Part shown: positions 22,029-34,196 of the stretch, one piece after another | Layout of the letters: the number at the start of each line of letters is the position of its first letter | Position numbering within the stretch: position 1 is the stretch's first letter | From: Octopus sinensis | Lineage: Eukaryota | Length of the DNA stretch: 64,000 nucleotides | Direction of reading: 5' to 3' | Assembly: GCF_006345805.1 (NCBI RefSeq) | Contig: NC_043002.1 | Location: 77,252,001 to 77,316,000 of the forward strand | Translations under genes and position numbers: made by a program | Notes under the pieces: model-generated | Database searches by the model: none | What the model was told of the DNA's origin: nothing | What the model saw: the letters and a program-made list of their open reading frames with translations, nothing else

Positions 22029-22408
22029 TAGTTTTTACTTGTTTCAGTCACATGACTGCAGCCATGCTCGCCCACCTCTTTGGAAGGTTTTTTAGTAGAA
22101 CACATCAACCCTAAGACATGTTTTTTTAAGCCTAGTACTTATTCTATTGGTTTCTTTTCACCAAACCACAAAGTTACGGGGACATAAACACACCAACACC
22201 ATTTGTCACGCAGTGGTGTAGACAAACACTGACACAAACACACACACACACACAAATACAACAGGCTTCTTTCAGTTTCCGTCAACCAAATCCACTTGCA
22301 AGACTTTGGTTGGCCTGAGGCTATAGTAGAAGACTCTTTCCTGAGGTGCCACACAGTAGGACTGAACCTGGAACCACGTGGTTGGGAAGCAAGCTTCTTA
22401 CCACACAG
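22029..22408 (-). mobile_element. SINE family A
   Basis: Same modules as 3449-3861, more diverged. Confidence 0.8.
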
Positions 22409-22926
22409 TAGGTCATTTATCTTTTTAAGTAATTTTATTCTCTTAGTGGTTTGTGTGCCACCATCCTTGTCCTCATTCTTGCCATCCGACATTAGACACT
22501 GTGATTTGAGTGTCCATTCTGACATTTCATAATCTACAGAAATGAGGGAGTTCATTTTTTCCCTTTGATCTTTTCATTTATTTATTTATTTATTTATTTA
22601 TTTGCTGAATGAATAATATATCAAAAGTTTTGTGTGTGGTGGTGGTAGCATAAGTGAGGAAATCCTTTTCTCTCCTTTAAGCTATTTGAGTATTAAGTAT
22701 GGAACTTAGCTCTCTTCACCATGTTATATGCTGAGTAAACTATGGGTTATTCCAACAAATGAAGCCAGTTGCATAAAATACAAAATGCAATGATTGTACT
22801 TTTACATAAACAAGTACATACGAAACAATTTCTTTCAGGTGTTGAAGAGTATAATAATAATTAGAAATACTAAATACATTCAAATAATGACCATATTTAT
22901 ACACTATATAGACTACAAGAATATGA

Positions 22927-23380
22927 CCATCATCATCATCATCATCATCATTTAATAAATGTTTTCTATGCTGGCATGAGCTGGATGGCTTTACAGGAGC
23001 TGGTGAGGCCAGGGCCCACATCAGGTTCCTTAGTTTGTTCTGGCTTGGTTTCTACAGCCAGATGCCCTTCTTAACACCAACCTCTTTACAGAGTGTACTG
23101 GGTGCTTTCTACGTGGCACCATCACCATTACTTTTTACGTAGCACTAGCACCAGTGCTTTTTACATAGCACTATCATCATTCCTTTTTACATGGTACCAG
23201 TACCAGTGCTGTTTATGTGGCACCAGCACCAGTGTTTTTACATAGCACCAGCACCAGTGTTTTTTACATGGCACCATCACTAATACTTTTTACATGGGTA
23301 GACAGGTCCTCTTGAGTACAGCAATGTACTATATATCTCAGTCCTTTGTCATCTCCTTTGTGAGGTATAAACCAAATTTT
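22927..23380 (-). mobile_element. RTE-like LINE 3' end including a decayed ORF C-terminus
   Basis: The minus strand at 23290-23380 reads LTKEMTKD*DI*YIAVLKRTCLP, like RTE-clade ends (...MTxDRDLWRYAVLEKT). It is followed by ~9 short (~20-nt) tandem units and the family tail. Confidence 0.7.
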
Positions 23381-24773
23381 TTAATGGTCAAACAGTACTT
23401 TTTTCTCCTTCAGCTCAGTGTTATAAAGATAGCTTTTGAATATCATTTTCATTATATAATAAAGATCCACATTTTGGATTCATTCTCCTCAACTAGTCAA
23501 TCTTACAAAACCCCCAATCTTACAAAACCCCCACCAATATCAAGACATACAACAGCTACTGCATTATATCCAACATAACATATGGCTTTTGGTTCAGAAA
23601 ATGCCAATTTGAGTTTCATCAGTCACTCTCAACTTTCAGAATCATTTTTAACGACCTGCCAGAGGTTAAATTCTCATTTTCCTTAGCTTCCATTCAAAAT
23701 TCTTTCTTTACTTTGCATGCAATTGTCAGACTGTGTAACAATCAGTCTTTTTGTCTGTCCATGCAAGCACATACCATTGTCCTTTGTGTTCTGAATTCTA
23801 GTTTTCTTCCCAGCATTAATTCTCTTTCTTTCACCCTCCGTCCTCCCACCCCCTCACACACACACACACACACCTCCTGTAACAGTTCCTTGCATTAACA
23901 AATATACACAGCTTTAGTGATATTAATAAGCAATGAAAATCATTTCATCCAGTCTCATGCTAAATAATTGTATTTGCATGTGGACAAGAGTAAGAGACAG
24001 ACAGACAGACAGTGTGTGGTGGTGGTGGTGGTGGTGGTATATATGAGTTTCTTTGTGTATTCTCTCCACCTCTTTCTTTCCCTTTCTCTCCATGTTTATT
24101 ATGCATCATCATCATCATCATCATCATCATCACGTGTCTGTGTGCTTTATCTAGCATATTGAGCATCATCATAATAGCTTATTGGTTTCTTCTCTTGGGG
24201 GTATTTTTGTAGCATCATCACCGCCATCACCATCATCGTTTATTGACGCTAGTTTAAGAATGGATATGGTGCCTTAATGATGATGATTATGACAATGATG
24301 ATGATTATGACAATGATGATGATGATCTATCAACATATATATCATTGTTGTTTTTCAACTTTATATTTTTTTTTGCTTTTTTGTTCTCTCTCTCTATATA
24401 TATACATGCCTCTATCTTGATTCACTATAATTCACAATTCTCCAGACTATTAGCTTCTTCTTAATTCTACATTTACTTTGGTTTACCACAACTCCATTCC
24501 ACTTTGAGCCACTTTACATCTACCCTGTTTCTAATCTACTCATTGCATCTTAATATGCAATTTCAATCAAATCTAAAGTAAGGAATTTCTGGTATCACTA
24601 GTTTCTCACTTTTATCAGCTCATCTGAATAAGTAAGGCAGTGTACATATTCTATAGCATATTTTTAAATGATAAAAACTAACATAGATCCTATGAAAACA
24701 GGAAGTATAAGGTGTTTTATAGCTAAAAAAAAATCTGTGATTATATTAAAAGATATTAAATTATTCATTTATT

Positions 24774-25003
24774 GAGAGAGGTGAAGAGAGGAAGAGAGGG
24801 AGGGAGGCAGGGAGGAGGAGGAAGAAAGTGGGAGAGAGGCAGAGAGAGGGAGGGAAGCAGGCAGGGAGAGGGAGGCAGGCAGAGGGAAAGAGAGGGAGGC
24901 AGAGAGAAAGGGAGGGAGGGAGGCGGAGAGAAAGGGAGGGAGGCAGAGAGAAGGAGGAAAGAGAAAGGGAGAGGCACTGAGAAAGTCAGGGGAAAGGCAT
25001 GAG
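24774..25003 (+). repeat. Polypurine (GA/GGA/GGG) tract, ~230 bp
   Basis: Almost pure purine on the + strand, with many GGG runs. Confidence 0.9.
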
Positions 25004-25554
25004 AAAGAGTTTTCATTGTCATCATCATCATTATCATCATTTTAATGCCCACTTTTCCATGCTTGCATGAGTTGGACGGAGTTTATTGGCTGCAGCTTTT
25101 CTATGGTTGGATGGATGCCCTTCCTGTTGCCAACCCTCACCTGTTTCCAGGAAAGGTAACATTCTCTTAAAGCCAGACATGTTTTCACAAAATATTTGAA
25201 ATGAATGACACTGCTTTTCAGTTTCCGTTTACCAAATACACTTACAAGGCTTTGGTCAGCTGGGAGTATAGTAGACAACATTTAACCAAGGTTCTACACA
25301 ACCATGTCTGCATACACCCGCACACATGCATGAACCCACTCACACATGCATACAGGTGGTTAAAGTCCTGATATAGTAGACATCCCAAGAAAAAGACATG
25401 AACATATCAACATTCAATAACAAATTGTAGATACACAGGATTGGATATACACAGGATTGCACCTAAAGACTTACGGTCATGGATCTACACAGGATTGCAC
25501 CTAAGGACTCATTCTCTGGTTTCTATAACTTCAAAAAGTTGAACTATGAAGTTT

Positions 25555-26029
25555 TATGCTTCTTTTTCCTTCTCTCTTTCCATCTCCTTATTCTTTTATT
25601 CCCTTCCTCTATGTTGTCATCTTATTGATATATACCATTCTCATTTTCCATATTTTTCCCCCTATTTTGTCACTGATGATGGAATATCCCCTACTCGGGG
25701 ATATCCCAGAAACAGCTGTAAGATTTTGAATTTCTTCCTATAATAATATTGTATATGACTTGAGATATTTGCCTTGCCTTAATGTTTGACATCCTGTTTA
25801 ACAATTATATATCCGCTGCATCGGAAATCTGCAATGGCTCCATAACTATTGTCTTGGCTATAACCTTGGAGCCCCAGTAATCCATTACAGTACTTTCCTA
25901 GCATACCTAATCGTTTAAATCACCTGTGAGCTAAACCCCCGTTATGGGGCAGCTGATGATGGCGGTATGTTGGATTGTTGGTATGGCTGGCTGTCTTTGC
26001 ATATGTGGAATAGTATTATAACACATCCT

Positions 26030-26030
<1 letters not shown>
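25555..26030 (+). mobile_element. Penelope-like pseudo-LTR or retrozyme relic with a hammerhead motif
   Basis: A pyrimidine-rich leader (25555-25670) is followed by a hammerhead core and a GC-richer tail with hairpins (CCCC-GTTAT-GGGG) and a second CTGATGATGG at ~25953. The family assignment is inference. Confidence 0.45.
25667..25728 (+). ncRNA. Type I minimal hammerhead ribozyme motif (GUA triplet 25718-25720)
   Basis: CTGATGA 25673-25679; 12-bp helix II TGGAATATCCCC/GGGGATATCCCA (one A.C mismatch, TACTC loop); GAAA 25709-25712; palindromic helix III ACAGCTGT 25712-25719. Helix I is weak (A.A at the first position, then 3 pairs). Confidence 0.7.
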
Positions 26031-26074
<44 letters not shown>

Positions 26075-26075
<1 letters not shown>

Positions 26076-26627
26076 AAAGCATGCTGAACCCATGCTTCAT
26101 AATTCTGAACCTTTCCCATTGAGTGAAGAATTATGAAGCATAATAGCAGTGTGTGAGCATTCCCTTTTCTCTACCAGTTCCCTTGTCATTTGATGAAAAT
26201 TTTCATGCAAAAGTTGGTTTAATCGCTCTTCATTGAACTCAACTGGATGGCCAGAATGAGGTGCGTCTTCGAGGTCAAAATTTCCATTTTTGAACTTGGC
26301 ATACCAATCACGAGTGGTTCTTTCAGCTATGGTACCCTCTCCATACACAGCACAAATGCTGCAAGCAGCTTTTGTGGCCTTAGAACCTTGATTAAAAGCA
26401 AAAAGAAGGAGGTGTCGAAAATGCTCATTTTTCTTAACTTGTCATTCCATTTTAATGATCTGAAAATAAACAAAAATTAACTAAAATTAACTAGAAAAAA
26501 AAAACAAACTAGATTCCAAAATGATTCAAAAATAGAATTCTCGAAAAAAAAATAGATTCCAAAATTTAAAAACACAATAAATTCCAAAATTTAAAAAAAC
26601 AGCGGGAACTTAGTTGCCAACCCAATA
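26075..26627 (-). mobile_element. 3'-truncated mariner (5' TIR and N-terminal transposase pseudogene)
   Basis: TIR TATTGGGTTGGCAACTAAGTTCCCG at 26603-26627. Reads ME*QVKKNEHFRHLLLFAF...YGEGTIAERTTRDWYAKFKNGNFDLEDAPHSGHP...MGKVQNYEAWVQHAF (WVPHEL-like motif). Confidence 0.9.
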
Positions 26628-27086
26628 TTTCAATTGATCAAAATGTTAACTCTGTAATGTCCATTTTGTCCTGAAGATCTTCCACCCAGGGTACTCAAAA
26701 TGCAAACTTATATTATTATATATGTTTTGGAATTTAAATTCGGTGCAAACTGAAACAATTGTAGGTAACGTCGATTAATTCATATCGATTGAATCGCTTC
26801 ATTTTCAGACTTATTAATTATATATATATACATAATGAAAGAGAAAGAAATTAAAAGGAAGTTTGCATGGAGGAAGTGTATTAGAAGGGGTTGAAAACAA
26901 GTAAGAAAGGGAGAGAGAAAACTTACAGCAAAATGAAAACAATGAACAGTGACTTCATCCATGTCTGTTTGTGACATGTCTATAGAATAGAGAGAAAAAC
27001 GAGTTTTCAATAAAGAGTACAAGTTAAACAAGTCACATATCAGATGTTAAATAAGAAGTTGAAGTGGAACCATTGTAACATTGATT

Positions 27087-27200
27087 ATAAATCAGGATTA
27101 AATCTTTAATCCAAGATTTACAACTTTAATCTAACATTAGCCTGTCCACTGTGTATGTGAATCTTATAAAGCATTTCTGAGGAGTACATAAACAGATATA
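27087..27200 (+). repeat. Local direct duplication, copy 1 (~113 bp; copy 2 at 28921-29032)
   Basis: ATCTTTAATCCA.GATTTACAA.TTTAATCT.ACATTAGCCTGTC...AAGCATTTCTGAGGAGTACATAAACAGATATA occurs twice, 1.83 kb apart. Confidence 0.9.
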
Positions 27201-27227
27201 AATACATACATACATATATATATAAAG

Positions 27228-27260
<33 letters not shown>

Positions 27261-27309
27261 TGTGTGTGTGTGTGTGTGGTGTGTGTGTGTGTGTGTGTGC
27301 GTGCGTGCG

Positions 27310-27490
27310 TGCAGTCAGTTGTCACAATTATGACAATTCATGACTTTGGCATGACTTGATAAGCTTTTTCCATTCTAGTTGGTTTTTCGCTTGGGTTTAT
27401 TATGACCAATTCCTTTCCACTTCATATTCCTTTTTGCCGTATCTTTGAATCTCAGTATAGGTCTTCCGTTATTTCTTCTCCCCTTACAAA
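27310..27490 (-). mobile_element. RTE-clade LINE C-terminal fragment (second family)
   Basis: The minus strand reads KGRRNNGRPILRFKDTAKRNMKWKGIGH, typical of RTE ORF ends (G.R..GRP.LRFKD..KR.MK..GI). A short 3' UTR ends in (ACGC)n/(CA)n. Confidence 0.65.
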
Positions 27491-28920
27491 AGCAGAAATA
27501 TTATATCAATAATTGTATGATATCTACACATTCATTCTTTCAGTTTAAGAAATTTAGATACACTCAAGCTGTAAGCATGTTTTATTTTAGTATTTTTTAG
27601 GAGATATATTGAAAAGTCTACTAAACATTCAACCACTGACCATATGTTTCCCAACGAAAGTAGGCCTGAACATTTCATTAAGTCATACCAGTAGTAGTCT
27701 ACCAATTCTGCAACTAACTGTCCCCTAAAAAATAATATTTATCATTGTGGTCATTTCTTCCAACACTAAGTTTGAAGTTCAAACCCCACTAAGGTTAACT
27801 TTGTCTTTCATTTTCCCAGGATCAAAATTACAAATTATCTCAAGTACTAAAGTCATAAGCACTAATTACTCCCCTCCCACTCAAAATTACTAACCTTGTA
27901 TCTAAATTAGAGACAGTTATTATTATCGTTATTATTTCTAACCTGAGGATGGTGAGTCGGTAGAATCATCACCATGCTAGACAACATGCTTGGTGGCATT
28001 TCTTTCAGCTCTTTACATTCTAAGTTCAGCCCCTTCCCCTGAAATAACTGGCCCTGTGCCAAAATATGAAAGCATTGTTATTTCACACCCAAGAACAGAG
28101 CAACAAATTCATGGGGAGGGATGAATCAACTTATGGGGAGGGATGAACTAGTACTTGGCTTGAAGTTTATTGATCTCTTCTACCACTGTAGAGGGTTAAA
28201 AGCAAAACTTATCCCTATTGAAATTTGAGACCAGAACATAAAGGAGCATAATAAATGCAACTATGAATTTTGTCAATAATTTCTAACACATACACACACA
28301 CACACACAAAGCCTCAAATTTGGTGGTGGGCAGAATCATAGTCATTGAAACTGACACTCATTTCCTGACTGATACTTATTTTATCACCCCCTCGAAAGAT
28401 GACAGACAATGTTGAACTTTGTGGAGTTCAGAATCGGAGCATAGAGACATATAACTAAACAGAATTTTGTCCAATATTGTAGCTTCCATCAATCTATCTG
28501 CACTTTGTCAAGTATATTAATGATACTGATTTATTTTGAGTAGATACAAAGCATTTTTATGTAGGGAATGGTTGTTGGTATTACAAATACTTGCCTTATT
28601 GACTGCATAGGGGGAAATTCAAAGCAAGAATATAAAAGCAGATGAGACAAAATTTTTATATATTTTTACTCAAGTGCTCTACTACCAACTCACTTCTGTA
28701 ACAATGACAGTGATGATAATAATTATAAGTAGGCTTGTTCAAGAACAATTAAGTGATTCTATACCCTGTACATAGCTTGATATCTACATCATACTGACAT
28801 TTGGTGCTTAGAACAATCATTGTTTTCATCAGTGCAGACATGAGTGTGTTAAAAAGCTTGCTTTGCAACCATGTGGTTTTGGGTTCAGTTCCATTATACA
28901 GTACCTTGGGTAAGAGTTTT

Positions 28921-29032
28921 ATAAATCAAGAATAGATCTTTAATCCATGATTTACAAGTTTAATCTGACATTAGCCTGTCGAGTGTGTATGTGAATCTTA
29001 AAGCATTTCTGAGGAGTACATAAACAGATATA
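28921..29032 (+). repeat. Local direct duplication, copy 2
   Basis: See 27087-27200. Confidence 0.9.
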
Positions 29033-29065
29033 TATATATATATATATATATGTCTATGTATATGT

Positions 29066-29164
<99 letters not shown>

Positions 29165-29168
29165 TATG

Positions 29169-29214
<46 letters not shown>

Positions 29215-29237
29215 ATATAGGTATATGTATATATAGG

Positions 29238-29291
<54 letters not shown>

Positions 29292-29293
<2 letters not shown>

Positions 29294-29464
29294 TGCAGGA
29301 GTGGCTGTGTGGTAAGTAGCTTGCTTACCAACCACATGGCTCTGGGTTCAGTCCCACTGCATGGCACCTTGGGCAAGTGTCTTCTACTATAGCTCGGGCC
29401 AACCAAAGCCCTGTGAGTGGATTTGGTAGATGGAAACCGAAAGAAGCCTGTTGTATATATGTAT

Positions 29465-29545
<81 letters not shown>

Positions 29546-29756
29546 GTGTGTATATGTTTGTGTGTCTGTGTTTGTCCCCCCAGCATTGCTTGACAACCGA
29601 TGGTGGTGTGTTTATGTCCCCATAACTTAGCAGTTACGATAGAGTAAGTACTAGGCTTCCAAAGAATACATCTCAGGGTCGATTTGCTTGACTAAAGGTG
29701 GTGCTCCAGCATGGCCGCAGTCAAATGACTGAAACAAGTAAAAGAGTGAAAAAGTA
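29292..29756 (+). mobile_element. SINE family A with an expanded (TA)n centre
   Basis: Full head and tail modules. Confidence 0.85.
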
Positions 29757-30296
29757 TATATATATATATATATATTCATATGTATATATATGCATATATA
29801 TACATATGAATATATATATATTCATATGTATATATGCATATATATATTCATATATATATATATATATATATAATATATATATGCAATCAGTCTATGTAGC
29901 TATGATTGTTCATGGCTTGATAAGCTTTCTCCATATTGGTTGAAAGCTTATACTATAGTTTCAAATCTCTTGTAATACTAGACACAAAACCACTTAATAT
30001 ATTTTTAATATTAGCTGAAATATAAAATATAAGATTAGAAGAAAGAAAGATGGATAGCCATTGGTCATATGTGAGCAACAAGAGAGTCAAGGAGGAAGAG
30101 TGAGAGAACACATATATATGTATGGATATATATATATATTTTCTGCAAAATAGGGATAATTTATCCCATATTTTACAGAAAATCTATCGGCGGATGCTTC
30201 TAAAGCAAACTTTCAACATAAGTTGAATTTAATGTACAATAGCATCTTATAAAGCTAGATTTATATATCACAAAACTGCAGAAGAATTTGATGCTG

Positions 30297-30368
30297 GGCA
30301 GTTTAGCTTAATGGTAAGGCACTTGACGAGTAATCACAGGGATGTGAGTTCGAGTCTCATGGCTGGCT
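30297..30368 (+). pseudogene. tRNA-Thr(AGT)-like pseudogene
   Basis: Cloverleaf: acceptor GGCAGTT/GGCTGGC (imperfect); D arm GCTT/AGGC; anticodon loop CG-AGT-AA with a damaged stem (CTTGA/TCACA); T arm GTGAG-TTCGAGT-CTCAT; discriminator T. A T5 Pol III terminator follows at 30379-30383. Confidence 0.7.
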
Positions 30369-30538
30369 GTCGACAGACTTTTCTGCAAAATACAGATAGT
30401 TTATCCTGTTCATGCTATATTATTAGCCTTATACTGTATTTGAGAATAAAATTATTTCCTAATCTATATCTTTCAACGCTTCTAAAGCAAACTTTGTTAG
30501 TTGACTTTCAACATAAGTTGAATTTAATATATATATAT

Positions 30539-30750
30539 ATCATCACCATTTAACATCCATTTTTCATGCTAGCATGGATTGGACAGTTTGACTGAGGACT
30601 GGCAAGCTGGGAGGCTGCACCATGTTCCAATCTGATCTGGCAAGGTTTCTACAGCTGTGTGCCCTTCCTAATGCCAACCACTTCAAGAGTGTTGTGGGTG
30701 CTTTTTAACATGCCACCAGCATGGGAGCCAGTCAGGTAGAACTGGTATCG
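30539..30750 (-). mobile_element. RTE-like LINE 3' end
   Basis: Same family tail as 4100-4420. Confidence 0.75.
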
Positions 30751-30767
30751 GCACTGGCACACACACA

Positions 30768-30831
<64 letters not shown>

Positions 30832-32215
30832 ATACATTATGCCAAAATGGAAAACAGACACTAAAATAATAATGATGATGATGATGATGATGACAACGAC
30901 GATGGCGGTGATGATGACGATGACGACGATGACGATGACAACAACTCCATGCAGTTAACATATTTAATATAGGGATCATCTAAAATCTGATTAGAAAGAC
31001 TTATGTGATGAAGAAATGATAACATAATTCAATCACTATTATTATTTCAATCATTTCAGTAAGTATGGGACACAAATCCAGACATGTTTCAGTTTTATTA
31101 CACCTCCTTAGCAAAACATAGACTTCGCTTTACCTACTGAACTACGCATGATAGAATCACTAAGTAAATGTGAAATACTATACACAAGCAGATATGACAA
31201 GTTAGCAAATTTAAATAACTCATAACTACTCATCCACAGAGATTAATAGCCTTGCTTCAAAACTTTGATCTAATCAGCCCACCCACTTAGCCAGACACAC
31301 AGAAGTCTTAGGTACAAGAAACTTTAATTTTCATCTGCTTAAGTAATTCTGTAACAGTTTTCTCATATTTCCTAATTCTGGGACTTTGGGAAAATACCTG
31401 GAGATTACATCCCTGCTCATTAATCATTGAAAGAGGAATTTAACTATTCCCAGGACACCCATGATTGAGTTTAGGAGGTTCTGTATATCAGACTTAGATA
31501 TTAAAAATCACTTTGAGCAAAGTTTTGAAGTTTTTCTCATTTACTTATTCTACTAGCTTTCTTTTTCTTGATTTTTTTTTTTAACATACCTATCTCCATC
31601 TTAGAGTTCAGAGAGGTGGGTAGGCATTTTACTGAATTGGTTAGACCCCTAAGATGTAAAGGAAGTTGATTTGATACCTATTTTTCTTGTTGTTATATAG
31701 CCCAAGATCACCCCTTTTGAGTAAATAGACCTATAATCTAAGTTGTTCTATCTAAAACTATCCTTCCTGTCTACTTTGCAGTTTAGTGACTACACTACAC
31801 TGTTCAATGTACTCCTCTTTTTTAAAGCAGTAGGGTGTGAATTGAGGAAGATTTGGCCAATATTTCTAGCAGGCTGCATGATCATATAGAGGCATCTTCA
31901 TTGAATTCCATTGCTAACTCATTTTTCAGTTAGATAGACTGAAACAAATATAAAGAGAAAACAATTATGCTTGCGTTGTGGTTGAACTTATAACCTTAAT
32001 TGGTTAAACTAACGGCATTATAATTAAGGCCAATCGGTCTGTAAATATATCTTGTAAATATTTCCACATTGGCAGCAGTTCTCTAACAGCTTTCGTGATT
32101 GATTGCATGTTCTTCCACATATTCCCCAACATTTGATCTGTTGATAAACTTCAGTTCTTTTTGAAAGGTTCAATATCATGTAAACCAAGTTGTTCCTCTT
32201 CCTTGTCCTATTCAG

Positions 32216-32243
32216 GGCCAGCAGTATGCACCAAGCCAACTAG
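32216..32243 (+). other. Candidate 28-nt exon
   Basis: Strong acceptor GTTCCTCTTCCTTGTCCTATTCAG| and donor TAG|GTAATC. Open in phase 1 (GPAVCTKPT) or phase 0 (GQQYAPSQL). No other support. Confidence 0.25.
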
Positions 32244-32831
32244 GTAATCATACACATATATTACACATGCATTCTGAGTTCAAATTCCACCAGGGTTGAG
32301 TTTTTCATTCATTGTTTCAAGGTCAATAAAATAAGCCCCAGTTGAGTAGTGGAGTTGGTGTAATCGATTTAACCCCTCCCCCAAATTTACAGGCCTATTT
32401 CTAAAATTTGAAATCAGTACTGTTTCTGCATACCAATGAAATAGTTGTCACAGAACATGACCAGCTAATCCCATTCTTCGTTTTATCACTATAAATTAAT
32501 GCATTGAGGAAAATAAATTTAATTGATTAATAATACTTGTGCAATGAGATAAGCAAGGGCATCAACTCTAGACATGCTTCAGTTTTAATAGGCCTCTTCA
32601 GGAAAGTAACCTTCTTACTTACTAGATTACTAATGGTAAGAGAATCAACTGTTTCGATATAAAATAATGACTATGAGTAGGCGTCAAAAATGTTGATTTG
32701 GAGAGGAAAATCAGTAATGAAATAATAACATATTTCATTTGTTAATGACCAGTTTGATTGCAAATATGTTAGCCATAGAAAAATCAGAGTGGCTTTCTTT
32801 TCTTTTCTTTTTTTTTTCGTGTGTGTCTGCG

Positions 32832-32880
<49 letters not shown>

Positions 32881-33269
32881 GTGTGTGTGTAGATAGACAT
32901 AAAAACCTGTTATAAATCTTGTAGTTTAATCTTTGGTTTGTTTCAAGTGAAAATACTTGTATCAATGCTTTTTGCATTGAAAAAGAGGTGTGTGTATTTT
33001 GGTTTGTATGTGTGTGTATGTGTGTGTGTGTGTGTATGCTCATGCACATGTGTGCCCATGAAAATGTGTAGCATATGTATGTGTCTCATTTATGATTGAC
33101 TGACTCAAACCTGATTATTTCCCTCCCCTGCACCCAACTGGAAGGAGGGGGGGCAGAGTATCAGATTATATACTGAATGGTCTTAACATTGACCTGTTAT
33201 GAATGTTTGTGTAAAAATCATAGAATTATTGTTGTTGTTTGCCTTCACGTCAACACTGTCCAGCAAAAC

Positions 33270-34135
33270 ACTGTTCCTTCTATGACCATCCTGTCTTTTT
33301 CTTGTCTCTGTATTTGTGACTACATTATCAAATGTATCTTTCTCTTCTTCAGGGTAGGGGCGTCTGATTTGAGTAAGATTTTGCTATTATTTTCAGCAGG
33401 TTGACTGACCACATAGAACCTCTCTTTGTGCTTTGATTAATAGCTGCATAAAATCTGGGATGGGGGTGTATGTGTGTGTATGAGTGTTTATACATGTGTG
33501 TGTGTGTGTGCATGTATCATTGTTTAGACCCAAGTCAAGCAGATCTATGACCAAAGGCATTCTGTGACCATTCTTCTCTTATTAGGGATTATGCTTTAGG
33601 ACTATGTTGCCATGTCCTTTCCTTAGAGAGATTTGGCTGTTATTTCTAGCAGATCATTGACTCATGTGTATGTGTGTGTGTGTTGGTTGGTTGTTGTTGC
33701 TATTGTTATTTGGCAGAAACGTTAGCACACTGGGCGAAATGCTAAGCCGTATTTCATCTGCCATTACATTCTGGGTTCAAATTCCGCCGAGGTCGACTTT
33801 GCCTTTCATCCTTTTGGGGTCGATAAATTAAGTACCAGTTACGCACTGGGGTTGATGTAATCGACTTAATCCATTTGTCTGTCCTTGTTTGTCCCCTCTG
33901 TGTTTAGCCCCTTGTGGGTAGTAAAGAAATATATTTAGTTTCAAATCAGTCTTGACCAAACAGACCTTTGGTCAAACAAACCCAGTGTTTACCACTCTGT
34001 TTCATATTCAGGCATAGTATATATAGGTCTACATTATCCAATGTATCTTTCTTTAAAAATTCTGAAAGGGTATGATTTTAGAAAGATTTGGCTGCAGTCT
34101 CCAGCAAGTCAAGTGAGCACAAAAGGCTTCCTTTG
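33270..34135 (+). repeat. Three decayed copies of an interspersed repeat (…GAGATTTGGCTG.TATTTCTAGCAG…), one family B SINE interleaved
   Basis: The motif occurs at ~33365, ~33620 and ~34080, with related copies at ~31850, ~36905 and ~55660 (+) and ~13400 and ~60470 (-). Confidence 0.55.
33711..33931 (+). mobile_element. SINE family B
   Basis: TGGCAGAAACGTTAGCAC...CTGGGTTCAAATTCCGCCGAGGTCGACTTTGCCTTTCATCC...GGTCGATAAATTAAGTACCAG...GTAGTAAAGAAATA. Confidence 0.85.
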
Positions 34136-34156
34136 CATGCGTGCGTGCGTGCGTGC

Positions 34157-34196
<40 letters not shown>

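Noticed and set aside
25950-26000. Second CTGATGATGG 280 nt after the 25673 hammerhead
   Set aside because: No GAAA and no helix II; kept only as context for the Penelope-like region.
32024-32239. Minus-strand Cys-rich ORF, plus a second frame (EEEQLGLHDIEPFKKN*SLSTDQMLGNMWK...) with an in-frame TGA
   Set aside because: No recognisable domain, weak splice context and no SECIS-like element seen; cannot be distinguished from chance or a decayed TE.
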